From: Candidatus Eiseniibacteriota bacterium
Lineage (GTDB): Bacteria > Eisenbacteria > RBG-16-71-46 > CAZAMP01
Assembly: GCA_965224245.1 (NCBI GenBank)
Contig: OZ245046.1
Span: 128,001-192,000 of the forward strand
DNA length: 64,000 bases
Reading direction: 5' to 3'
Numbering within the stretch: position 1 is the stretch's first letter; the number at the start of each line of letters is the position of its first letter. Under the pieces are notes generated by a model. That model saw only the letters and a list, made by a program, of their open reading frames with translations, was not told where the DNA came from and did no database searches. Of the stretch, positions 10,050 to 22,226 are shown piece after piece. A program made the position numbers and the translations under genes.

Positions 10050-10517
10050 GTGGATACGAGCTCCAGCACTCCTTCGGCTGCCTACACGCTGCGCTGCGCC
10101 GGCGTCACGGATCTGAGCTTCGTGTGCGATCTTCGCGAGAGAACCCTCCGAAAGCACATTGACGACGCCTTCGGATGGGACGCCGCCGAGCAGCGATCCG
10201 GGTACGAGAAGCTGCTTCGTGACGCCGACGCGTGGGTCGTCGTCGTCGACTCGGAGGACGTCGGCTTTCTCCACTTCGAGATGGAACGAGACGGCGGCCG
10301 GCTTCACGAAATCGTGATCCGGCCCGAGAGTCAGGATCTGGGACTCGGATCGACGATCATTCGCGATCTCTGTCACGAGTGTGCGTCGGCCGACGTTCCT
10401 CTGGAGCTCGCCGTGCTCCGAGCGAACACCGCGGCGATCAGGCTCTACGAACGGATGGAGTTCGTCATCTTCAAGGAGTCCGAGCAAGCGCTGTGGATGC
10501 GATGGTGGGCTCGCTGA
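10050..10517 (+). CDS. GNAT family N-acetyltransferase
   Basis: FGWD...Q; IVIRPESQDLGLGSTII; LAVLRANTAAIRLYERMEF. GTG start inferred. Confidence 0.85.
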   Translation: MDTSSSTPSAAYTLRCAGVTDLSFVCDLRERTLRKHIDDAFGWDAAEQRSGYEKLLRDADAWVVVVDSEDVGFLHFEMERDGGRLHEIVIRPESQDLGLGSTIIRDLCHECASADVPLELAVLRANTAAIRLYERMEFVIFKESEQALWMRWWAR

Positions 10518-10564
10518 GAGCACCGTTCGGTCGAGAGACGCACGCGCGTCATCGACGCGACGGG

Positions 10565-11365
10565 CTATCGACGCAGCCGTAGTGCGAGCCGGTCGTCTCG
10601 CAGGATCTCCTCGGCCCGACCCGGCAGTGCCCTCCAGTCGTCGACCCGTGCGTCGATGTTGCGACCGGACAGCGCGTCGAGAGCGCCGGCGGCGATGAAC
10701 GCGACGAGGTCGGCCGCTTGCTCGGGCGGCGTCCAAACACTCTCGGGGATCTCGGCCGCGGCCTCGCCGAGCGCGGTGATCATCCGCTCGGTCATGGTCG
10801 TTCTAACCGACCCCGGCCGGACGGCGAACACGGATACTCCGTGGGGACGCGCGTCGTGGGCCAGGACCTCCGTGAGACGGGTGAGCGCGGCTTTGCTGGC
10901 CATGTACGCGCTGTAGGTCGGGGACTCGTCGACTCGGTTGTACGCCATCTGGCTGCCGAGGTTGACGACCCGGCCACGCCGACGCTCGTTCATTCTCGGC
11001 AGGATCACACGGGACAGGAGGAACGGACCGAGCAGGTTGACCTTGAAAACGCGCCACCATTCATCGGGCTCGCGCTCCCACGCCGGTCCACCCGTTTCCA
11101 GCGCGCCCGCGTTGTTCACGAGCAGATCGATCGGTCCCAGCTCGCGCTCGACGCGATCCACCGCGCTCTCGACCGCGTCGCCGTCCGTGACGTCGAGAAC
11201 CACCGCGGCGCCGCCGATCGTCCGGGCGACCTCCGTGATCTCGTCGCGAGTGCGCGCCGCGACGGCGACTCGCATTCCGTCGGAGGCCAGACGCTCGGCT
11301 ATCGCGCGGCCGATGCCTCGGCCGCCTCCGGTCACGAGGGCAACACCGTCCAGTGCTTTCGACAT
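10565..11365 (-). CDS. Short-chain dehydrogenase/reductase (SDR)
   Basis: TGGGRGIG, NNAG and YMASK motifs; SD GGAGGAG. Confidence 0.95.
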   Translation of the reverse strand: MSKALDGVALVTGGGRGIGRAIAERLASDGMRVAVAARTRDEITEVARTIGGAAVVLDVTDGDAVESAVDRVERELGPIDLLVNNAGALETGGPAWEREPDEWWRVFKVNLLGPFLLSRVILPRMNERRRGRVVNLGSQMAYNRVDESPTYSAYMASKAALTRLTEVLAHDARPHGVSVFAVRPGSVRTTMTERMITALGEAAAEIPESVWTPPEQAADLVAFIAAGALDALSGRNIDARVDDWRALPGRAEEILRDDRLALRLRR

Positions 11366-11724
11366 GGGCAGGCTCCTCCAGGTCGTGTTGAGCCCGTGAG
11401 TTCAGCATGCAGTGTCGGTCCCGTCCAGTCGCGGTCCGCGCAAGACCGACTCGGATCGAGTAGCGCGACCGAACTGGCGCTGCTGCATGCCTTTCGAGCG
11501 CCATCGGCACCGCTGATTCGTTCGTCAGGTCCGGTCGCGATCGGACCTTGGAGGGCCTCGGACCTCGGACGATGATGACGGCACGCCTGGACAGGCGTAG
11601 AATCCGGGTCGGAACGACGCCGGGATGCCGGCGCGTCGGTGGCCCTACCTCAACTCGATGCAACGTTTGCGGGTCCTCTGGCCGGCCGGCTACCGCGTGA
11701 ACGACCCTGACGCGGGAGGATCGA

Positions 11725-13200
11725 GTGAACGGCACGACTGTTCTTCGGGGTCACCTGCTCCTACCCTTGCTAACCGGCCCGGCGGCGGCATTCGACCCGG
11801 TCGATGATTTCGAGCGAGGGTTCTTCACGGAAAGCGCGTTCGTGGACGAGGTCCACGACATCGCGATCCCCGCCTCGGACGGGCACGCGATGCACCCGAT
11901 CCGGACGCTCATCCTCGACTCCGACGGGGGACTCGTCTACGCGACGAATACCTCCACCACGCCGTTTCCGGACTACGCGCTCTTGGCCTACGCGGCAGGT
12001 ACCGGCTCGGTGAGCATGCGGTGGGACTGGGGAAGCAGCCGCGACCTGACCGCGTTCGGCACGATCGATCGCATCGAGATGCTCGTGGGTGGAAGCCCGC
12101 CTGGGGGGCAGATCACCACCACGCTGACCGACCTCTCCGGTAGCGAGAGCGTGACGCGGCCCACGAGCGGGGGTCTGGAGCTTCTCGCGTACCCGCTCGG
12201 CGACTGGATGGTCGTCGACCCGACAGCGGCGCGGTCGCTGACCGTCCGGTTTGCGGGTGGCGAGGACCACTACACGGTTTCGGAGATTCGCTTCCGACGC
12301 GTCGGCTCGGTGGACGTCGACCTCATCGGGGACTTCGTGGCCACGGCGGTGCCGCCGCTGCCGTCTCCTCCGCTGCGATACCGTGTGCTGGACGACCTGG
12401 CGAACCCGCTGTACCGTGCCGACGTCGTCATCCGCGACGCGGTGGCCGAGGGTCCCGTGGAGATGACGGCATCCTGGCGAGAGCAGCTCGGAGTCGCCGG
12501 TGATCAGGGCGTGACGGAGTTCCAGTGGAACCCAGCCGGTGAGTTTCAGAACACCGCTTTCACGTTCTCGATCGACTTCACCTCGGCAGACGGATTCGCG
12601 CCCGAAGCCTGGCCGCCGGACCCATACCTCGACGACCCGACGTCGTTCTCGCTCGCGTTCCCCGTGCGCGCGCTCGACGGCGGTGCAACGGTCGGAACCT
12701 CGAACACGCTCCTTCTCTTCGACATCCATCCCGGGCAGGGCCTCGAGTTCTCGTCCGCGGCGGTCACGCCACGACGGAGCACCGGGGCCTGGACGACGGG
12801 GTTCGACGTGCTGTTCGAGCTCGGGCAAGTATCGGGCGTGGAGCTGGAGCTGCCGCTGTTGATCACCACCTGGATCGCGGACTGGGTTCCGGCCGATGCC
12901 GTCGGCGTGGGTGGGTCAGGCACAGCTCCCGGACCTCGCCTCCACCTGGTCGCCCGTCCGAGTCCGACGCGCGGCCGGACCGAGATCGGATCGAACAGGC
13001 CCTTCACGGCCCACACCCAGCTCTGCATTCACGACGTCGCGGGTCGCCTCGTTCGGGCGCTGATACCGTGGTCCGGAGCCGAGCATGTGGTCTGGGACGG
13101 CAGGGACCGCTCCGGTATGCCGGTGCCGGCCGGCGTCTACTTCGTGCGGCTCCAGGAGCCGTCTGGCGAGGTCGCGGCGCGGGTCATCCAGGTGCGTTGA
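11725..13200 (+). CDS. Secreted hypothetical protein with FlgD-Ig CTD
   Basis: Signal peptide ending PAAA; C-terminus IHDVAGRLVRAL...WDGRDRSG.PVPAGVYFVRL...RVIQVR. Confidence 0.82.
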   Translation: MNGTTVLRGHLLLPLLTGPAAAFDPVDDFERGFFTESAFVDEVHDIAIPASDGHAMHPIRTLILDSDGGLVYATNTSTTPFPDYALLAYAAGTGSVSMRWDWGSSRDLTAFGTIDRIEMLVGGSPPGGQITTTLTDLSGSESVTRPTSGGLELLAYPLGDWMVVDPTAARSLTVRFAGGEDHYTVSEIRFRRVGSVDVDLIGDFVATAVPPLPSPPLRYRVLDDLANPLYRADVVIRDAVAEGPVEMTASWREQLGVAGDQGVTEFQWNPAGEFQNTAFTFSIDFTSADGFAPEAWPPDPYLDDPTSFSLAFPVRALDGGATVGTSNTLLLFDIHPGQGLEFSSAAVTPRRSTGAWTTGFDVLFELGQVSGVELELPLLITTWIADWVPADAVGVGGSGTAPGPRLHLVARPSPTRGRTEIGSNRPFTAHTQLCIHDVAGRLVRALIPWSGAEHVVWDGRDRSGMPVPAGVYFVRLQEPSGEVAARVIQVR

Positions 13201-13270
13201 CTTGCAGGTCGCTTGCTGCCGGGGCGACCTCCTCGAACTCGGCGTATGCATGTACCCCGCCCAGAACGTG

Positions 13271-13290
13271 GTACCGACACGTGTCGGTAC
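13271..13290. other. Perfect 20-bp palindrome GTACCGACACGTGTCGGTAC between convergent genes
   Basis: Read directly from the sequence; possible bidirectional terminator or binding site. Confidence 0.55.
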
Positions 13291-13348
13291 TCCATCGCGC
13301 TCGTACTGCTCGAGAAGCGAGTCCTGGACGGGAGCGGGGTCGACGCTC

Positions 13349-14722
13349 CTACATGCCGCCGATCACGACGGGGCCGAGCGGAGCGTCCAGGATCAGCTTC
13401 CGGTCGAGGTCACCGCTCCAGTCGTGTGAACCCGGGTGAAACAAGAGCTTGGTGCCCTCCGTGACGTTGACCAGAGTCCACAGCATGCCGCCGAAGGGAT
13501 CGTCGTAGCTGCCCACGCCGAGCCCGATCACGTCGGAGACCCACAGCCCGTCGATGCACGTCGTCGGCCAGATCACGGTATCGAGGATGTCCCAGATCCG
13601 CCCGCCGATCTCGGCGGAAGCGTAGCCGGTCGTGCCGCCGTCCAGCTTGCGGTCGTTCATGAGAACGACGATGCCGACGTCGGTGGCGTTGCCCCGCAGG
13701 TAGCCGCTGGAACCCCCCATCCACCCGATGAACCCGTGTCCGGTCGCGGCATAGTGCTCGTGAAGAAACGTCAGGAGGGGCGCCGCACTCGCCACGATCG
13801 AGGTCGACCCCACCGCCGCGAAGGTGTCGAATCCGCCGTAGGGCCACTCTACCCGGGCGCCGTCCGAGTTGTACACGTTTCGAACGAGGCTCTCTGCGGG
13901 ATCGATGAAGTAGTGCGGCTCGCGAAGGCCGGTCTCCCAGAAGGGCTCGGCGATGAAGAACTCCGTCGAGGGGACCCACATGCCTTTCGTCAACACGCGT
14001 GACCGGAGGTACTCGAAGTACGGCATGCCGCCACGTTCCTCGACGATGCGTCCCAGAACGTTGTATCCGAAGTTGGAGTACCGGTCCTCGGCTCCGGGAT
14101 CATCGATCAGATCCTTCCCCAGTGCATACCGGATGGTGTTCTCGAGTCCGGGAGGTGAGTCGATGCCCATGGCGTCGGCGATCTCGATCTCGCGGAACGT
14201 GTACTCGTCCGCCCACGCAGCCGTGTGGTCGAGCAGATGCTGAACCGTGATGTCACACACGCGAACGTCGCTGATTCCTCCGAACGGTGCCAGCGCGAGC
14301 ACCCCGCCGCCCGGCTGACCCAGATCGAATGCATGCTCGCCGAGCGCCAGCGCGCCATCCTCCACGAGCTGGTCGATGGCGCGCTTGATGAAGCACTTCG
14401 AGATGCTGGCCACGCGCATCGTCGCGTTCTCGGGCATCGGGTCTCCGAGCTCGTTGCGGTAGCCGAAGCCGCGAAGGTAGACGAGGCATCCCTCGTGCAT
14501 GACGCCGACGGTACAGCCTTCGATGTTCTCGGCGGTCATGACCGCGATGACCTCGTCGTCGATGTCGGAGAGCTCGGGGACGGGCATCCCCCGGATGGGA
14601 ATGCTGGCCACGTTCGTGCTCAGCCCCAGCGCCAGCGCCAGAAGGGCGCCCGCTCGCGTGTTGTCCGGGCGGAGCCGATGGATGACTCGGCGATGGGTCG
14701 GCCACCGGATCGATCTCGGCAT
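13349..14722 (-). CDS. Serine hydrolase, beta-lactamase class C/AmpC-like family, secreted
   Basis: RVASISK (SxxK), LLDHTAA, PG...YSNFGY..LG..VE; SD GGAGGT. Confidence 0.88.
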   Translation of the reverse strand: MPRSIRWPTHRRVIHRLRPDNTRAGALLALALGLSTNVASIPIRGMPVPELSDIDDEVIAVMTAENIEGCTVGVMHEGCLVYLRGFGYRNELGDPMPENATMRVASISKCFIKRAIDQLVEDGALALGEHAFDLGQPGGGVLALAPFGGISDVRVCDITVQHLLDHTAAWADEYTFREIEIADAMGIDSPPGLENTIRYALGKDLIDDPGAEDRYSNFGYNVLGRIVEERGGMPYFEYLRSRVLTKGMWVPSTEFFIAEPFWETGLREPHYFIDPAESLVRNVYNSDGARVEWPYGGFDTFAAVGSTSIVASAAPLLTFLHEHYAATGHGFIGWMGGSSGYLRGNATDVGIVVLMNDRKLDGGTTGYASAEIGGRIWDILDTVIWPTTCIDGLWVSDVIGLGVGSYDDPFGGMLWTLVNVTEGTKLLFHPGSHDWSGDLDRKLILDAPLGPVVIGGM

Positions 14723-14835
14723 GGCTACCTCCAGAGCGGCGGAGCTTCGACTCCGAGGCTCGGCCAACGTGTCACGGGTGGTCACGACGAGCCCCGATCT
14801 CGGCGCGATCCTGCGTTTGCATCCGGCCGATGGCA

Positions 14836-15243
14836 TCACGCTCGGGGGCGACGCGACGCCGTCACGGTAGAAACCGCAAGCAAGCGCGCGAACCCTTCAC
14901 GAGATCGCCGTCTCGAAGGTCGGGACGCGGATCGTCCGGAGACGGCCAGGGTGCCTGCTTCGCATACGACACGGAAGTCTCCGGGTGTGGAGCCGTCGAT
15001 CACGAGATCGCCGTGAATGGCGACCCCGTTCCGCGCCACGATGGTCGTCCCGGCGGGGTACCTCTGCTCGTCTCCGGCGGACACCTCGAAGTGATCGAAC
15101 TCCAGCTCGCCGGTGGAGTCGGGGGCGACGGTGGAGCTGTCCTGGCCGCACGAGCCGGCGACGAGCGCGAGCATCGTGGCGAGTGCCAGGATCCGAAGCG
15201 AACCGAGCCGTGGGTGGCGGATGACGTCCACGAGCAACTCCAT
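14836..15243 (-). pseudogene. Probable truncated lipoprotein (N-terminal fragment)
   Basis: Lipobox LVAGS-C and a plausible beta-rich start; the sequence turns into Arg/Ser-rich noise after GTLAVSG. Confidence 0.4.
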
Positions 15244-15465
15244 CGAGGCGGCTCTCCGACGAGGCTTCGCATCGGGGCGAAGCGGAGCTGACGTCGGAGT
15301 CCCCAGGAGACGACAGTGTTGCTCAGATCACAGCCTACGAACGCGCCGCCGGAGCGGCTTCATTTGGACAACCACCTGACAGCGCGCCGTGGGACGGGCG
15401 AGACGCGTACGTGCTCTCGCCCTGTCCAGAGGGCGGCAGATCGATGTGGATCCGCCGTCCCGTCG

Positions 15466-15507
15466 CGGGTCGGAGAGGTGGGGCGTGTGCCCACTCCCTC
15501 CGACCCG
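15466..15507 (-). terminator. Hairpin downstream of katG
   Basis: CGGGTCGGAG...CTCCGACCCG inverted repeat a few nt after the katG stop. Confidence 0.5.
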
Positions 15508-15513
15508 GTTCCG

Positions 15514-18191
<2,678 letters not shown>

Positions 18192-18205
18192 GGGTGAGCC
18201 CTACA

Positions 18206-18256
18206 TCAGAATGAATTACGAGGTAGGAGTGGATCAGATCTCGGGCGAGCTGTCAA
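18206..18256 (-). promoter_or_regulatory. Putative fur-katG promoter (-35 TTGACA) and operator TCGTAATTCATTCTGA
   Basis: TGTCAA at 18251-18256 on +; AT-rich imperfect palindrome at 18206-18221 near the start codon. Confidence 0.5.
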
Positions 18257-18615
18257 GCGCGGCCGCGATCGCTCGCGGCGGTCGGGATCGCGGCGTCCGG
18301 GACACGATCCCGTTGCCAAATCACCGTTCACGGGGCACGGCTCCGGGCCTGCTGGCGGCCGATCGGGGCGGTGACGCGCGGGACGTACGGGAAACCCACA
18401 ATGCCGGAAACGCTTGCTGTCCCACTAGAATGGAGCAATCGTGGTCGGCACGTGCCGTGCCCGCACGCCAGTGTCGGAGTGGGACCACGTTTCAATCCCC
18501 ACTGCGCCTCTGCCGGCACCCATCACCAGCGTCTCACCGTCGATCCCACGAGGGAGTCGTCTCCGACGCTCTCGTCGTCGGCTCCTCCAGGAGAAGGAGG
18601 CGAACCGTGAGAACG

Positions 18616-19335
18616 ATGTCGTGGCTCGCATGGGGACTCGCACTGACACTACTCGGATGCAGCCAGCACGGGGGTCGTACCAACGGTCTGGAGCTCTCGC
18701 CCTCAGCGTCCGGTCTCGTGGTCGTGGACGCTCCGGTGGCGCGCACCTCACTCATCGCGGCGTCTCGAACGGACGAGGACCCCGCATCGTCACGTGGGTA
18801 CGTCGTGAACACGGTCACGCTCGTCGATGAGAACGGCGTCTCGCGTGCTCTGGACACGATGTACCTCGATCCGGAGCGGTGGGTCTTTCTTCATGCCCTC
18901 CCGGCCGGTACCTACCGGCTCCGACGCCTCGAGCTGGGGTTCGGCGAGGATCGCCAGGTCGGAGCCAGCCTTCCGGTCGGGTCCGTCGGCGACGCGCAGC
19001 TGTCCGTCGGTGTCGAGAAGGCGGTCGGCGGCGGGAACGTGACGCTGAACGGTCCGGGTCGCTCGCTCGAGGCCGATGGCGATGGTGCGGAGTTCGAGTT
19101 CATCGTCGCTCCCGGCCGTGTCTCCTACGTGGGACGAGTGTCGGTGGCGCGCGATGCACCGCGAGTGAAGCCGGACGACCCATTCGGGATCGGCGTCGAC
19201 CCCGAGATCGAGATCAACACGCTGCAGAACGTGCTCCGCCACTTCCAGACGAAGCGGAGCCTTCGCGCCCAGCACTGGGTGCCGGCGCTGACGCACCGGC
19301 TGGAGGAGCTCGGCGCCAGCTGGACCGGCTTCTAG
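18616..19335 (+). CDS. Hypothetical lipoprotein
   Basis: MSWLAWGLALTLLG-C lipobox; LPAGTYRL and F.VAPG.VSYVG motifs. Confidence 0.7.
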   Translation: MSWLAWGLALTLLGCSQHGGRTNGLELSPSASGLVVVDAPVARTSLIAASRTDEDPASSRGYVVNTVTLVDENGVSRALDTMYLDPERWVFLHALPAGTYRLRRLELGFGEDRQVGASLPVGSVGDAQLSVGVEKAVGGGNVTLNGPGRSLEADGDGAEFEFIVAPGRVSYVGRVSVARDAPRVKPDDPFGIGVDPEIEINTLQNVLRHFQTKRSLRAQHWVPALTHRLEELGASWTGF

Positions 19336-19412
19336 GCCGGAGGATCGAGCTTCGGGTCGCGCCGATGCCGGCGCGTGAGATCATGGGTTTCACGAACGAA
19401 GGCGAGGAGCCA

Positions 19413-20810
19413 GTGCTCGATCGCTCTCTGATGACAGGAGGCGGCCGGGTCGCTCACCCGCGCCGGCCGGCCCGCATCGCCGGGGTGTTCTGCGGAACGA
19501 CGATCAGCTTGCTGCTCACCTCGACCTCGGCGGCCGACCCACCGGGCGGTGCGCAAACACCGAAGTCCGCGTCCGCCCCCAGATCCGGCGATCCGGCGAT
19601 CCTGGAGCTGATGGCCGCCGCGACGGACGAGAAGGAGCCCGAGAAGAAGAAGCGCGTCCCGAAGCCACCCGACGACGAGGACGAAGACGACGACGAGAAG
19701 AAGCAGAAAGAGGACGACGACAACTCGTGTCTGGGGGAGTTCACGAGCTGCTTCATCAGCACGCTCTTCTCGAGCGACGACGACTCGCCGCAGGAGACCC
19801 TCGCGCCGGAGGTGACCGCACCCGCACCCGAGGAGCGCACACACGAACGCCGGATCGAGACCGGAACCGAGGTCGTGATCGATCCCGCGCCCGGCGTCGA
19901 GTCCGTACCCGTCTGGAGTGCGCCCGGCGGCGAGATGCATGGCGCGACACTCGTGTATCAGCTGGGGCGAGATACGGTCGCGCTCGTGGTCGGGACGGCA
20001 TCGGTCGCATCGACGACCTGGCTCTCGGTGAATCCTCGAGACGCCGATCTCACGCCGGGATGGATTCTCGCCGATCACGTGCTCGACACTCCGGACCCGG
20101 AGATCGCCTTGGCGCCCGCGCCGGCACTCACGCCGGCACCGAGCGACGAGCTCGAGCTCCAACACGACCTGATCGAGCCCGAGAGGCCGCCGTTGTCTCG
20201 ATGGCAGGTCACGGGCGACCTCGGATTCTTCGTGGCGGACGATCCCTCCTCGGCGATCTCCGACGAGTACCGTGATGGCGGGTTTGCCGCCGGAGTGGGC
20301 ATTCGCTTCATGCCCGGCGCGTCACCCCACACCCTTCGGCTGCGGTATGCGTTCGGTCATCAGGGAGGCGACCCCCAGTTCAACTTCATCACGGGGGACA
20401 GCGCGCGCGTGGACATTCCCACCGACGTCGACATTTACTTCCACACCCTTCAGCTGCTCGCCGGCACCAGCCACGCCGTGTCCGACGACGGCCTCCTGTC
20501 CTGGGGGATCGGCCCCACGATCAGCCGCGTGCGAGAGCGCGGATCGATCGACTTCGAGGAGTACGAGTCCGGGGTGCTGGTCAACGCGGGCACCGAGGAG
20601 CAGAGCCTCGCCCGATGGGCGTTCGGAGCCGCCGTCATGTTCGGATACGAGGCGAACGTCGCCCCGACACTCTCGCTCGGCGGGATGATCAACGCGACGT
20701 ACGCCGCCTGGGAGAGCCGGCGAGAGGAGTCGCTCGGCCTGGACTGGCTCGACGATGACGGCATCTTCCTCGTGTCGATCACGGCCGTGATCGGCTACGG
20801 CATTCGATGA
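19413..20810 (+). CDS. Exported protein: acidic linker, SH3b-like domain and probable outer-membrane beta-barrel
   Basis: SD GAGGAG before GTG 19413; VWSAPG...WLSV...GWI; alternating beta-strands ending VIGYGIR. Confidence 0.6.
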   Translation: MLDRSLMTGGGRVAHPRRPARIAGVFCGTTISLLLTSTSAADPPGGAQTPKSASAPRSGDPAILELMAAATDEKEPEKKKRVPKPPDDEDEDDDEKKQKEDDDNSCLGEFTSCFISTLFSSDDDSPQETLAPEVTAPAPEERTHERRIETGTEVVIDPAPGVESVPVWSAPGGEMHGATLVYQLGRDTVALVVGTASVASTTWLSVNPRDADLTPGWILADHVLDTPDPEIALAPAPALTPAPSDELELQHDLIEPERPPLSRWQVTGDLGFFVADDPSSAISDEYRDGGFAAGVGIRFMPGASPHTLRLRYAFGHQGGDPQFNFITGDSARVDIPTDVDIYFHTLQLLAGTSHAVSDDGLLSWGIGPTISRVRERGSIDFEEYESGVLVNAGTEEQSLARWAFGAAVMFGYEANVAPTLSLGGMINATYAAWESRREESLGLDWLDDDGIFLVSITAVIGYGIR

Positions 20811-22090
20811 TCGGTCGCACGCGCTCGCTCGGTCGCGGTGTCGCGTGGCTCGGCGTCTCGCGGAGAGCGCGGGTCTCCGTGCTCTCGTTCGTGTGCCTCG
20901 TCGCGATCGTGACCGTGCCGGTGCGTGCCGGTGACGGCGACTCGCTGCCCGGAACGCTCATTCACTTCTACCAGCGGTACATCTCGGATCTGCGTGCCGG
21001 AAAGTGCTACTTCGAGCCGAGCTGCTCTCGGCACGCGAGCGAGGCGATCGCGACGAACGGGCTGGTCGCCGGCCTCGCGCTCTCGGCGGATCGACTCGTT
21101 CGATGCGATGCGGGCGCGAGAGGCCTGCATCGAGCGAACGAGTCGGGGCGCCTGCTGGATGATCCCTCGGGTCTCTCGCCGGTGCCCGATGAGCCGCGCA
21201 CGCCGGCGTGGCTGATGCCCCCCGTTCCCGCCGCGCCTCCGATCGATGCACCCGACGAGGCGACACGCACCCACCTGAGCGAGATCCTCTCGTTCGCCGA
21301 GTTCCTCGCTCGGGAGGGTGAGTGCTGGCGTGCGGCGACCGAGTACAAACGTCTCGCGTTTCTGTCCGGCACCGAGGCGATGAGGCACTGGACCTTCGCG
21401 CGAATAGGCTGGTGCTACCACGTGCACCGTGATCCCGACGCCCTCGATGCGTTCCTCGAAGCGGCTCTCCATGCGCCCACGGGACTCGATCGCGATCGGT
21501 CGCTTCTCTGGTCGGCCGGCGCCGCGTTCGATGACGGCGAATGGTCACGGTGCCGGAGGATCCTGAACGAGCTCCCGGGTAAGCTCGACCGGACGGCACC
21601 GCCGGCCGAACGCGGCGTCCTCGGGCGGGCGTGGACGCTCGGCGGGCTCGTGTCGATGGTCGATGGGGAGTGGACGCGCGCCGAGGCCGAGCTGACGCAG
21701 GCGAGCGCGTTGCTGGCGGACTCGCCCGACGCATCGAGATCGCGCTTGCTGGCGTCACGAGCGGCCGCGGGTTCGGAGCTGTCGACGAGGAGCCCCGGTC
21801 TCGCGGGCGTGCTCTCGGCAGTCATTCCGGGGGCGGGGCAAGTCTATGCCGGACGGGTCCGTCTCGGACTTCGCCACCTGCTGTTCAATGCACTGCTCGG
21901 CGCCTGGCTGTACCAGCTGATCGACGACGAGCAGTACACCGGCGCCTACCTGGTGGCCGGTGTTCAGCTTCCGTTCTACCTCGGGAACGTGCTGGGAGCG
22001 GGCCGGACCGCCGCGCGGCGGAACCGCGCCGTACGCGCACGGTTCCTGTCGGAGTCGATACGGACGAGCAGTGGGGATCATGTCCCGTGA
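20807..22090 (+). CDS. YidD-like domain fused to TPR and C-terminal membrane (TM2/DUF5683-like) domain
   Basis: LIHFYQRYIS....KCYFEPSCS.HASEAI...G...G..LSADRLVRC; SPGLAGVLSAVIPGAGQVYAG; ATGA coupling to the upstream gene. Confidence 0.8.
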   Translation: MIGRTRSLGRGVAWLGVSRRARVSVLSFVCLVAIVTVPVRAGDGDSLPGTLIHFYQRYISDLRAGKCYFEPSCSRHASEAIATNGLVAGLALSADRLVRCDAGARGLHRANESGRLLDDPSGLSPVPDEPRTPAWLMPPVPAAPPIDAPDEATRTHLSEILSFAEFLAREGECWRAATEYKRLAFLSGTEAMRHWTFARIGWCYHVHRDPDALDAFLEAALHAPTGLDRDRSLLWSAGAAFDDGEWSRCRRILNELPGKLDRTAPPAERGVLGRAWTLGGLVSMVDGEWTRAEAELTQASALLADSPDASRSRLLASRAAAGSELSTRSPGLAGVLSAVIPGAGQVYAGRVRLGLRHLLFNALLGAWLYQLIDDEQYTGAYLVAGVQLPFYLGNVLGAGRTAARRNRAVRARFLSESIRTSSGDHVP

Positions 22091-22226
22091 GAAGGGTGAT
22101 TCGTTACGGGCTGCCTCCCATGGCTCGGCGTGACATTCCCCGACGCGTTCGCTAAGCTCCGCGATACCTCTGCTGGCGCCGCGCCGCGGCGTGCCCCGAG
22201 CGATGCTCAGGACTCGGGAGGCACCC

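Noticed and set aside
2370-10517. Integron cassette array (GNAT genes plus repeats)
   Set aside because: No RYYYAAC...GTTRRRY attC boundaries seen, mixed gene orientation and no intI in the window.
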